A stretch of DNA of 50,299 bases from Candidatus Woesearchaeota archaeon (GTDB lineage: Archaea; Nanobdellota; Nanobdellia; Pacearchaeales; GW2011-AR1): positions 1 to 50,299 of the forward strand of contig CAZJUG010000002.1 of assembly GCA_964549155.1 (NCBI GenBank), read 5' to 3'. The notes beneath the pieces are model-generated. The model was not told where the DNA came from, ran no database searches, and worked only from the letters and a program-made list of their open reading frames with translations. Positions 15,934 through 24,228 of the stretch are shown one piece after another (the first letter of the stretch is position 1; each line of letters begins with the position of its first letter). The position numbers were made by a program, and so were the translations under genes.

Positions 15934-16206
15934 ATGGCAAATGCAAGAGTAATCCAATTTAGGAGAGGAAAGAGAACAATAAGCGAAAAACACATGCTTA
16001 TTGAAATAGAAGGAATAGACTCAAAAGAGAAAGCAATTCCTTATGTTGGAAAAAAAGTTGAATGGACTTCTCCTGCAAAAAAGGTGATTGGAGGAGTAAT
16101 TGCAGCTCCACATGGAAGAAAAGGAGTAGTGAGAGCGATTTTTGAGTCCGGACTCCCAGGACAATCAATTGGAACTGAGATAAAAATTCTAGAGGCAAAG
16201 AAATAA
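15934..16206 (+). CDS. rpl35ae: Ribosomal protein eL33 (L35Ae)
   Basis: 90 aa. ...GKKVEWTSPAKKVIGGVIAAPHGRKGVVRAIF... is typical of L35Ae. TAATG overlap with the next gene. Confidence 0.85.
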   Translation: MANARVIQFRRGKRTISEKHMLIEIEGIDSKEKAIPYVGKKVEWTSPAKKVIGGVIAAPHGRKGVVRAIFESGLPGQSIGTEIKILEAKK

Positions 16207-16742
16207 TGGCATTAAGAAAAGCAACTTGTTATTCAAAAACAAAGCCTGTACCTTATACGAGGAAGAGTAAAAAGCAGAAATTATCTTATATAAAAGCCGT
16301 TCCAAATAGCAAGGTAACCAAATATAGAATGGGAGACATTTCTGGTTTTAAAGCAGGAAAATACAAAACAATTATGACTATAAGAACAAAAGAGTTTGTT
16401 CAAATGAGAGACACTGCCCTAGAAGCTACAAGACAATATCTTAATAGATTTCTCACAGAAGGAATGGGAAAAGAATTTTATTTTGAACTGAGACCTTACC
16501 CTCATCATGTAATAAGAGAAAATAAAATGTTGACAGGAGCTGGAGCAGATAGAATGAGTACAGGTATGGCCCTATCATTTGGAAGAACAACAGACAGAGC
16601 TGCACTTATTAAAGAAGGAAGTGCAATATTTATAATTGGAGTAACAAATACAAAACACGAACAGACAGTTAGAAAACTTGTAAATTCTATGAAATCAAGA
16701 TTGCCTTGCAAGATAATGGTTGAAACAGAATATAAAAAGTAG
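16206..16742 (+). CDS. rpl10e: Ribosomal protein uL16 (L10e)
   Basis: 178 aa. ...RPYPHHVIRENKMLTGAGADRMSTGM... is the L10e signature region. Confidence 0.9.
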   Translation: MALRKATCYSKTKPVPYTRKSKKQKLSYIKAVPNSKVTKYRMGDISGFKAGKYKTIMTIRTKEFVQMRDTALEATRQYLNRFLTEGMGKEFYFELRPYPHHVIRENKMLTGAGADRMSTGMALSFGRTTDRAALIKEGSAIFIIGVTNTKHEQTVRKLVNSMKSRLPCKIMVETEYKK

Positions 16743-17071
16743 TTTTTAACTCTTAACCTATTTCTAAAATCACTAAAGATTATTAAAATTATTATAAATA
16801 AAACAATCGGAGAAAGAAAGTTATAATTAAGGGCCAATGAAAAATCCCCCTTCAGAAGAGAAGAAACCCCTCTTGTCAAACCTACAGAATAACAATAATC
16901 TCCAAACAATCTTGAGCAAACTGAAAGATTGGGAGAGCTCTCTAAAAAACCTATAGGAATCAAAGCAAGAAGAATTAAAATGAACATAAAAACAAAAGGT
17001 CGATATTCGGAGTCCAAACTAATTATTTTCAAAAAAAACTTGGAAAAATATATTTTCTTTATTCTACCCAT
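16505..17071 (-). CDS. DUF2752-like membrane protein whose last ~79 codons lie antisense to the uL16 gene
   Basis: SVCSRLFGDYCYSVGLTRGVSSLLKGDFSLALNYNFL resembles the DUF2752 C...C..CG.TR....LL.GD...A..YNPL core. The recognisable domain ends near 16742, yet the frame stays open to 16505. Confidence 0.55.
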   Translation of the reverse strand: MGRIKKIYFSKFFLKIISLDSEYRPFVFMFILILLALIPIGFLESSPNLSVCSRLFGDYCYSVGLTRGVSSLLKGDFSLALNYNFLSPIVLFIIILIIFSDFRNRLRVKNYFLYSVSTIILQGNLDFIEFTSFLTVCSCFVFVTPIINIALPSLISAALSVVLPNDRAIPVLILSAPAPVNILFSLIT

Positions 17072-17226
17072 TGAATCCCTTCAAAGTCAGCCTTGGTAGC
17101 AATTAAGATTACATCAATAATCCACCAAACCCCGCAACCTCCGAAGGTAATCAGTTTAAGGATTCCAAGCCCAACATGACCCATTATAAATCTGTCAATA
17201 CCTAATTGACCAAAGAGTATAGACAT
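17059..17226 (-). CDS. TM2 domain small membrane protein, 55 aa
   Basis: Own translation, below the track cutoff: MSILFGQLGIDRFIMGHVGLGILKLITFGGCGVWWIIDVILIATKADFEGIQWVE. It matches the TM2 pattern G..G.hRFy.G....G..kl.T.GG.GiWw.iD. Its 3' end overlaps the DUF2752 start by 13 nt. Confidence 0.6.
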   Translation of the reverse strand: MSILFGQLGIDRFIMGHVGLGILKLITFGGCGVWWIIDVILIATKADFEGIQWVE

Positions 17227-17301
17227 CACAAGTGCTAAAACCCAATTTACTTCCTTTACCCTAAGATTAATAGAAAAAATATGTTTATAAAACTAACTAA
17301 T

Positions 17302-17997
17302 TCAAGCCTCAAACTCCGCTTCCCGAACTTCATTCCTTCCGTCAATTAAAACATTTCGAACAACTATCCCCTTTCTTTTACATTTTAATCTCAATTCTTC
17401 TGGTTTCATTATCTGGAACCCTTCTGGATAGACCATAGAATCAACCTTAATAGTATGCCTTATTGAAATTTCTTTAAATTCTGGAAAATCAAAGAAGATA
17501 TCTTTAACAATTGAAACATCAGAAGTTTTCAAACTGCAAAATTCTGCCTTTGCCCCTTTATCCCCTCCAGCAGCAGGTTTTGCAGACTTTGGAGCTTTTG
17601 GTTTTATCTTCAAATCATGCCCATTAACAGAAAAAGTTAAAGCAAAAAAAGCCCGAGGATATTTACCCATCATACTGAGAATTTCTTGAGAGTCAACTTC
17701 AGTATTAACTTTGTATTGTTTTATACCCATAAATTGTTTCTTGCCATCAGAAAAAGGAATTTCCATCTCTAGTGTAGAAACTATAACCCCTGAAATTTTT
17801 ATAGTTCCTGAAACATTTTGCAAAACTCTCTTTACAAGATGATTAGCCCATTCTGGACCTGTCTTTATTACCCATTTATCTTTTTGCTTTTTAGACTCAA
17901 TTAGATACTTGTCTTGAAATTCTCCCTTCCCAAATTTCAAAAAATCAGAATGAACCTCTTCATCAAATTCCTTGTTAAATACTTTTTTAATAATCAT
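17302..17997 (-). CDS. Hypothetical protein
   Basis: Long ORF. The track start at 18006 is TTG. ATG at 17997 sits about 25 nt downstream of a TTTATAAA box. No family recognised. Confidence 0.55.
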   Translation of the reverse strand: MIIKKVFNKEFDEEVHSDFLKFGKGEFQDKYLIESKKQKDKWVIKTGPEWANHLVKRVLQNVSGTIKISGVIVSTLEMEIPFSDGKKQFMGIKQYKVNTEVDSQEILSMMGKYPRAFFALTFSVNGHDLKIKPKAPKSAKPAAGGDKGAKAEFCSLKTSDVSIVKDIFFDFPEFKEISIRHTIKVDSMVYPEGFQIMKPEELRLKCKRKGIVVRNVLIDGRNEVREAEFEA

Positions 17998-18044
17998 AAT
18001 GTTCAATAAAAAAATGTGTTTATAAATGTTGCTTTGAGATTATT

Positions 18045-18130
18045 TTTGATTAAGGATGATGAAAAACTAAACGAAGTTTCTCTTGCTTTCAAAACATTGG
18101 ATTCTTGTTTTCTTTGTGGAAGAAAAGTAA
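18045..18130. repeat. Intergenic repeat element, copy 1
   Basis: 18045-18085 matches 24115-24155 at 37/41 positions. 18108-18130 matches 24168-24190 at 20/23. It contains the hairpin TTTTCTT/AAGAAAA. Confidence 0.7.
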
Positions 18131-18131
18131 C

Positions 18132-18755
18132 TCACTTTAACACCTTCCCAGTCTCCAAATACCACAAATATAAATCCAATTCAGCTAAATTCAAATTAAC
18201 TTCTCTCCCTAAATTTTCCAAGACACTTTCAATCTCTAAATATCTCTTTTCAGTCAGTGTCTTTGGTCTTTCAATCGTCTTTTCATCAACAAGCAAGTCC
18301 ACAATATGAAAGTCAATAATTGCAACATCCCTATAACCAACATTCCTCAAAAAATGTGAAGCCTCCTTCATTCCTAAACCCAAAACATTTTTCACAAGCC
18401 ATTTTCTCATTTCCTTCCCAGATTCTCGAAAAACCAAACTACAAAGCTCAGTCTTACAATCTCTTGCCCGCACAATCCTCTCAGCCCTCTGAGGCCAAAA
18501 TCTATGTCCTACTTCTTTCAACTTTTTAGCAAGTTCTTCCTGCGGAAGAATCTCAAATCCTCGACCCATATCTTTTTGTATCTGAATACATTTCTCAGCT
18601 TGAAAATTAGCCGTCAATAAACAAAAGCAAAGCTCCGAAAAAACCTTATCTTCTTTTTCCTTACCATATTCTTGAAACTCCTTCATTCTTTTAGAAATGA
18701 CTTGTGCAATAGGCTCTTTTTTCAAAGAGTTTATTTTTTGAATTAGAGACTGCAT
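18132..18755 (-). CDS. ogg: N-glycosylase/DNA lyase (archaeal Ogg2-type 8-oxoguanine DNA glycosylase, HhH-GPD fold)
   Basis: 207 aa. The HhH region LGLGMKEASHFLRNVGYRDVAIIDFHIV contains the catalytic-type Lys and Asp. Confidence 0.75.
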   Translation of the reverse strand: MQSLIQKINSLKKEPIAQVISKRMKEFQEYGKEKEDKVFSELCFCLLTANFQAEKCIQIQKDMGRGFEILPQEELAKKLKEVGHRFWPQRAERIVRARDCKTELCSLVFRESGKEMRKWLVKNVLGLGMKEASHFLRNVGYRDVAIIDFHIVDLLVDEKTIERPKTLTEKRYLEIESVLENLGREVNLNLAELDLYLWYLETGKVLK

Positions 18756-18808
18756 AATATATAATTCTAGACGAGTATCTTTATAAACATTTCAGATGTT
18801 AGATTTTT

Positions 18809-19126
18809 ATGAGAAAAGAAACTGCAAGATTATTGACTCTTGTTGAGAAATCAATTAATGAACTAAAGAGAGAAGGTAAGGAAATAATTGCGATTCATTT
18901 AGATGCACAAGATACAAACAAAAAAGGAGTGAGGTACCGTATTAGGTCAGAAAAAAGACCACAACCGGTTGAAGAGACAACAGGACATTTAATTCTACCC
19001 ACTCACACAAGAACACAAGCCAGAATGGCAAATCAGATTGTGATGGAGAGTTGGACATATTTCCAATCATTGCACGAGTATCGATGCGAGGTAAACTATT
19101 TTCCTGCTAAAAGGTTAGGCAGTTAA
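18809..19126 (+). CDS. Hypothetical protein
   Basis: ORF preceded by a TTTATAAAC box about 25 nt upstream. No family recognised. Confidence 0.4.
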   Translation: MRKETARLLTLVEKSINELKREGKEIIAIHLDAQDTNKKGVRYRIRSEKRPQPVEETTGHLILPTHTRTQARMANQIVMESWTYFQSLHEYRCEVNYFPAKRLGS

Positions 19127-19435
19127 GACAAAAATATTAGAACAAAACTTAAAATTCAGAAGTAAATCTTATTCAAAGAAAAAGACTAAAAAAGCAAAAT
19201 CGCTCCGCAATTTTACAGGGAATTTTGGTAATATATAAACATCCTTTTTCCTCGTTGTTCATAGATTGAATAGTTATCTAAGTTCATTCAAAATAAAAAC
19301 CGAGGAGATAACATTAAAACTGAACAACTAACTCAAATAGTTAATAGGCCTTAACAAAATTCCCAGAAATTTTTGGAAACTGAAGGTGGAAAAAATTTCA
19401 CAGGTGTAAATCTTATTGAAACATTCTCAGAAAAC

Positions 19436-19792
19436 TTATCCCTTACTCTTCCAAAGTCCATGCAAGTTACAATAAGCCCTTGCTGAAATAGGCTCAAAAG
19501 AAAATTCTGCAACTGGTTTTTGTTCAGGCTTTAAAAAGACTCTTGAAATCTCCTTTCCATCTGTTCCCTCAATCCATTCAATATAATGTCCCTCTTCCAT
19601 TGGATGTTCAACACTCCCAACCTTAACTCTATTGTTCTCTATAATTGGGATATGCTTTTCGACAGCACCATCTGTTGTATTCTCTTCAAGAAGTCTCATA
19701 GGCTGACCACAACAAACAAGTTGTCCTTTTCCTTCGTGCAATAAGGCAACAACATTACCACAAATATCACATTTGTAAATTTTATTATTCAT
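19436..19792 (-). CDS. dfx: Desulfoferrodoxin (2Fe superoxide reductase)
   Basis: N-terminal desulforedoxin motif YKCDICGNVV...LVCCGQPM, followed by the SOR domain (EKHIPII...HPMEEGHYIEWIE...CNLHGLW). Confidence 0.85.
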   Translation of the reverse strand: MNNKIYKCDICGNVVALLHEGKGQLVCCGQPMRLLEENTTDGAVEKHIPIIENNRVKVGSVEHPMEEGHYIEWIEGTDGKEISRVFLKPEQKPVAEFSFEPISARAYCNLHGLWKSKG

Positions 19793-19794
19793 AA

Positions 19795-20364
19795 CTAGTA
19801 TTCCTCACACTTCAATCTATAAAAAGATTTAGGGTGATCACAAGAAGGACATTTTTCTGGAGGTTCCTTTCCATTATGTATATAACCGCACTCCATACAA
19901 GACCATTCAACCTTTTCATCTTTCTTAAAAATTGTTCCTTCCTCTAATTGTTTCAACAACTTCTTAAATCTCTCCTCATGATGTTCCTCTGCTCTTTTTA
20001 TAGCTCTTAATCTTTTTGCTACATCTGTCAAACCTTCTTTTTCTGCAGTATCTGCAAAGCCAGGATACATTTGGGTCCATTCATAATTCTCTCCTTCAGC
20101 TGCAGCCTTCAAATTTTCGATAGTTGTTCCTAAAACTAGAGGAACTTCAGTCTCAACTTTCAAAGAATTTCCTTTTTTTAGTTTTTGAATCGCTTCAAAA
20201 ATTCTCTTTGCATGTTCCTTTTCTTGGTCTGAAGTCTCTTGGAAAACCGCTCCGATTACTTCATAACCTTCTTTCCTAGCAGTAGATGCATAAAAACTAT
20301 ATCTGTTTCGTGCTTGGCACTCTCCCACATAAGCAATACACAAATTACTCAAAGTCTCTTTCAT
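19795..20364 (-). CDS. rbr: Rubrerythrin
   Basis: Diiron four-helix motifs (ExxH: EKEHAKR, EEHHEER) plus a C-terminal rubredoxin-like CMECGY...CPSCDHP. Confidence 0.9.
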   Translation of the reverse strand: MKETLSNLCIAYVGECQARNRYSFYASTARKEGYEVIGAVFQETSDQEKEHAKRIFEAIQKLKKGNSLKVETEVPLVLGTTIENLKAAAEGENYEWTQMYPGFADTAEKEGLTDVAKRLRAIKRAEEHHEERFKKLLKQLEEGTIFKKDEKVEWSCMECGYIHNGKEPPEKCPSCDHPKSFYRLKCEEY

Positions 20365-20388
20365 AAAACAGAGAACTCTAAGAGCTTT

Positions 20389-22557
20389 TTAAACTTTTGT
20401 AGCTTCAACTTCAGGTTCCTTTTTCTGCCTACTAGGACAGTTAGGATTAAAACAGAATTTCCAAGGCCTTTTCCCTTTTTTTAGAGAAAGCATTAGAGGG
20501 AAATCATGACAATCTGGACACATTTCGGGTTTTCCATCTTCCGTTCTAATAGGTTTTATCATGCCTCCTGGAGGCAAGGAAAAAGTAGTCTTACATTCAG
20601 GATAGGCATTACAAGAAATAAAATATCTAGAAAACTTCTTTCCATACATAATTCTTAAGTTTCCCTTTTTACAAACAGGACAAATGCTCAAGGTATTATC
20701 CTTCCTTTCAGTTTCTATCAGTTCATTATTAGCTTCAACAAGAGATTCTCCTATTTCTTTTAGATTCTTTGTAATTCCTTTTGCTATGTCTCTTATGGAA
20801 ACCTTTGCTTTTTCCAAAATCCTTTCTTCATCTTTCTTTTCATTTACATTCTCCATATCAATCTCAAAATCTCTTGTAAGCTGTTCATCTAAAATCACTG
20901 GAGAGTATTTATCAAGAGTTTCAACAATTTTCATTCCAAGAGGAGTTACTTCAATAGATTGTTCTTTTACATACCCTCTTCCATAAAGTGTCTCTAGGAT
21001 ATTAGCCCTTGTTGCTTTCGTTCCGAGATTCCTCTTCTCAAGTTCCTTGACTAAAGAAGCAGAATTATACCTTGCAGGAGGTTGAGTCATTTTCTCCTCA
21101 ATTTTAATTTCCCTTATATCGACCTCTCCATTCATAGTTAAAATTTCTTTTTCCTTTATGCTAGAAGGATAAACAGCCATCCAATTCTTTTCTTTAAACT
21201 GAATACCTTTAGCACTGAATTTAATTCCTAATACATTTACTCCGACTTTTTTATTGTCAACTATTGCTTCCTCAGCAAAACAAGATATAAATCTTTTAAC
21301 GATTAACTCATAGACTTGTTTTTCCTTTCCATCTAATTTCTTTAACTCTCCTGTAGGATGTATCGCAGGGTGTGCAGGATCTGTCTTCTTCCCTTCAGAA
21401 GGTTTTTCTTTCACAGCATACTTAACCAAGGGAGTAAATTTTTTTAACTTTTCTAAAATCTCCTTAAAATTTATATCTGGGTATTTTTGCGAAGAAGTTC
21501 TAGGATAAGATATTAACCCTTCTAGATATAAGTTCTGAGCAATTTTAGAAGTTTGTGCAGGACTTAATTTAAAAAATTTATAACTCTCAGTTTGGAGAGT
21601 TGTTAAATCAAAAGGCACAGGCACGGGAACTCTTTGTTCTTTTATTTCTGTTTCAGCAATTCCCTTCATTCCCCTCAATCTCTCAAATTTAGGAAGTTCC
21701 TTTTTGTCTTCTATGTTTTTCCCATATCCCACTTCTAAAAATTGATTTTTCTTATCTTTTACCGTTAGAAAAACTTGCCAAAAAGGAGTTGGTTTAAAAC
21801 TTTTTATTTCTAGTTCTCTTTCGTAAACAATTTTTAATGCAGGACCTTGAACTCTCCCAATAGACAAAATCCTAAATCTTCCTGTCTGAGAAAGGGCCTT
21901 CATCAAACCCCTAGATAAATTTATCCCATAAAACCAGTCTAAAAAATGTCTAGTCTCCCCAGAATAAGCCTCACTCCAATTCAAAGTATTCTGTAAGTTT
22001 TCAAAAGATTTTTTTAATTCATCTTTTGTTAAAGAAGAAAATTTCATTCTCTTTGCTTCTTGCTCCGCCTTCTTTCCCCCAAGGAATCTAACCACATTCC
22101 ATCCTATAACTTCTCCTTCAACATCATAGTCCGTTGCAACAATAAAATTATCTACTTTTCTAACTAATTTCTTTAGGAGGTCATAGAATCTCTTTGTATA
22201 ACCTGCCTTAGATTTTTCATGAGAAGGAGTCCATTCAACATCAAAATTTGGAAATTCTCCCCTCGCCCTTATCTGACTTATTCCGAATAAATGACCTGCC
22301 GCACAACCAACAATAAAATTATGTCCATTCTTCTCAAATTCGTAATAAGCTGTTCCATTCTTTTCTTTATGTTTTCTATCAGAATTATCACTTAAAGCCG
22401 CCGCAATCTTTTCTGCAGCCTGAGGCTTCTCAGTTACAATTAGAGTAGTTCCTCCAGAGAATTCATTTTTATCTCCCGAATCAGAAGATTTCACTTTTTT
22501 TACAATCTTTTTCTTTTTTGGTTTATCTTCAACAGAAACACTTTTCTTCTTAGCCAT
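20389..22557 (-). CDS. topA: DNA topoisomerase I (type IA) with C-terminal zinc ribbons
   Basis: Toprim region LIVTEKPQAA...ATDYDVEGE. Active-site region ISYPRTSSQ. C-terminal CPVC...CNAYPEC and CPDC...CFNPNC. Confidence 0.9.
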   Translation of the reverse strand: MAKKKSVSVEDKPKKKKIVKKVKSSDSGDKNEFSGGTTLIVTEKPQAAEKIAAALSDNSDRKHKEKNGTAYYEFEKNGHNFIVGCAAGHLFGISQIRARGEFPNFDVEWTPSHEKSKAGYTKRFYDLLKKLVRKVDNFIVATDYDVEGEVIGWNVVRFLGGKKAEQEAKRMKFSSLTKDELKKSFENLQNTLNWSEAYSGETRHFLDWFYGINLSRGLMKALSQTGRFRILSIGRVQGPALKIVYERELEIKSFKPTPFWQVFLTVKDKKNQFLEVGYGKNIEDKKELPKFERLRGMKGIAETEIKEQRVPVPVPFDLTTLQTESYKFFKLSPAQTSKIAQNLYLEGLISYPRTSSQKYPDINFKEILEKLKKFTPLVKYAVKEKPSEGKKTDPAHPAIHPTGELKKLDGKEKQVYELIVKRFISCFAEEAIVDNKKVGVNVLGIKFSAKGIQFKEKNWMAVYPSSIKEKEILTMNGEVDIREIKIEEKMTQPPARYNSASLVKELEKRNLGTKATRANILETLYGRGYVKEQSIEVTPLGMKIVETLDKYSPVILDEQLTRDFEIDMENVNEKKDEERILEKAKVSIRDIAKGITKNLKEIGESLVEANNELIETERKDNTLSICPVCKKGNLRIMYGKKFSRYFISCNAYPECKTTFSLPPGGMIKPIRTEDGKPEMCPDCHDFPLMLSLKKGKRPWKFCFNPNCPSRQKKEPEVEATKV

Positions 22558-22621
22558 ATTAAATATTAAAATTCTTCTTTTTTATATCTTTGTACCTTCA
22601 ATTGAGCTAGGAGGGGTTAAA

Positions 22622-24082
22622 TCAGTAGCTCTTACCCACATAAACAAAATAGTCTGCCTTGTTACCACAGACAATGCACTTCTCACCATGAACCTTCTTT
22701 TTGTCTATCCAAAGTGCTTTAGCCCCAGTAGTTTCAACCTTGATAATCTCCTCACACTTTTCATTCTTACAAAGAGGAACTAAAGCAACTTTCTTATCTT
22801 GAATTGCTTTTTTCAATTCATTCATAGAATTAGCATCGGTTAACTTAGAAAGAAAAATCTCTTTTGATTTTTCAAATAAGACCTTCTGTATATCTTCTAA
22901 AACTTCCTTAACTCTTTTCTTCAATTCTGAAAACTGAACAATCTCTTTTTTGAGAGTATCTCTTCTAACCAATACAACTTGATTTTTTTCTAAATCTTTT
23001 GGTCCGATTTCAATTCTTACTGGAACTCCTTTTAATTCCCAATCATTAAATTTGAATCCTGCACTCAAATGGTCTCTTTGATCAATTAATGCATCAAACG
23101 ATTTAAGTTCCCTAGAAACCTTATCACATGCTTCCAAAACTTTATCCCTTGTATCCTCAAATAAGATTGGAACAATCACAACGGAATTCAAAGCCATCTT
23201 TGGGGGAATTATTAATCCTCTATTATCTGAATGGATAGCAAACATTACTCCCAACATTCTAGTAGAGATAGCATAAGTATTCTGCCAGACATATTGTTCC
23301 TTTCCATTTTCATCTAAAAATTTAACATCATATGCTTTAGCAAAATTTTGTCCATCGTGATGGAATGGACATCCCTCTAAAACCTTGCCATTCTGCATAA
23401 TATAATGAACCTTCTCAGAAAACACTCCCCCAGCAAACTTCTCCCTATCAGTTTTCCTGCCATAAACTCCATATAATGCCATAAAATTCTCAGTCACATC
23501 ATTATAGGCCTTCATAACTTCTTTCCCTTCGGCTAAAGACTCTTTTTCAGTTGCACAACAAGTATGTAACTCATTCCACAAAAACTCTCTTCCTCTAAAA
23601 AAAGGTACTGGATGTTTAAATTCCCACCTAACAACATTATTCCACTGATTGAATCTTAGGGGCAAATCTCTCCAACTTCTTATCCATTTAGAATAAGAAG
23701 GGTACATAATAGTTTCAGAAGTTGGCCTAATAGCTAACCGCTCACTTAATTTAGAATCTCCCGCCTTTTCAACCCATGCAACTTCTGGAGAAAAACCTTC
23801 CACATGTTCTTTTTCTTTATTAAGATATTTTTCAGGTATAAGCAATGGAAAGTAAGAATTCCTAACACCAATTTTTTTAAATCTTATATCTATTAATCCT
23901 TGAATTTTTTGCCAAAGCTCATAAGAAGAAGGTTTGAATACAATACACCCCGAAACATCAGTATAATCTGCTAAGTCTGCCTTTATCATTAGTTGTGCAA
24001 ACCACTCAGAAAAGTCATCCTTATCTACTGTAACACCTAACTCATGCTTTTTTTCCTTTTCTTTTTCCTTTTCATTTCCCAT
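22622..24082 (-). CDS. proS: Prolyl-tRNA synthetase (archaeal/eukaryotic type)
   Basis: 486 aa with class II motifs (...FRGREFLWNELHT..., ...GVMFAIHSDNRGLIIPP...) and a C-terminal zinc-binding tail. Confidence 0.9.
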   Translation of the reverse strand: MGNEKEKEKEKKHELGVTVDKDDFSEWFAQLMIKADLADYTDVSGCIVFKPSSYELWQKIQGLIDIRFKKIGVRNSYFPLLIPEKYLNKEKEHVEGFSPEVAWVEKAGDSKLSERLAIRPTSETIMYPSYSKWIRSWRDLPLRFNQWNNVVRWEFKHPVPFFRGREFLWNELHTCCATEKESLAEGKEVMKAYNDVTENFMALYGVYGRKTDREKFAGGVFSEKVHYIMQNGKVLEGCPFHHDGQNFAKAYDVKFLDENGKEQYVWQNTYAISTRMLGVMFAIHSDNRGLIIPPKMALNSVVIVPILFEDTRDKVLEACDKVSRELKSFDALIDQRDHLSAGFKFNDWELKGVPVRIEIGPKDLEKNQVVLVRRDTLKKEIVQFSELKKRVKEVLEDIQKVLFEKSKEIFLSKLTDANSMNELKKAIQDKKVALVPLCKNEKCEEIIKVETTGAKALWIDKKKVHGEKCIVCGNKADYFVYVGKSY

Positions 24083-24106
24083 AAAAAAAAGAAGAAAGAA
24101 GGGGTT

Positions 24107-24228
24107 ATAAATCTTTTGACGAAGGATGAGGAAAAACTAAACGAAGTTTCTTTTGATTAGGAGGAACTTTTCTTTGTGAAAGAAAAGAAGTTCTTATGAA
24201 TCTTTTGACGAGGAATAAGGAAAAACTA
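24107..24228. repeat. Intergenic repeat element, copy 2, with two ~33-nt direct-repeat units flanking a hairpin module
   Basis: 24107-24139 ATAAATCTTTTGACGAAGGATGAGGAAAAACTA versus 24196-24228 ATGAATCTTTTGACGAGGAATAAGGAAAAACTA. A perfect 9-bp hairpin CTTTTCTTT-GTG-AAAGAAAAG lies at 24167-24187 (plus strand). Confidence 0.7.

Noticed and set aside
18053-18068. GGATGATGA in the repeat element as the C box of a C/D box sRNA
   Set aside because: No D or D' box (CUGA) lies at an appropriate distance on either strand. The second genomic copy reads GGATGAGGA, which breaks the C-box consensus.
18016-18309. Plus-strand ORF 18016-18309
   Set aside because: It covers the intergenic repeat element and then runs antisense to the ogg gene. 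There is no support for it as a gene.
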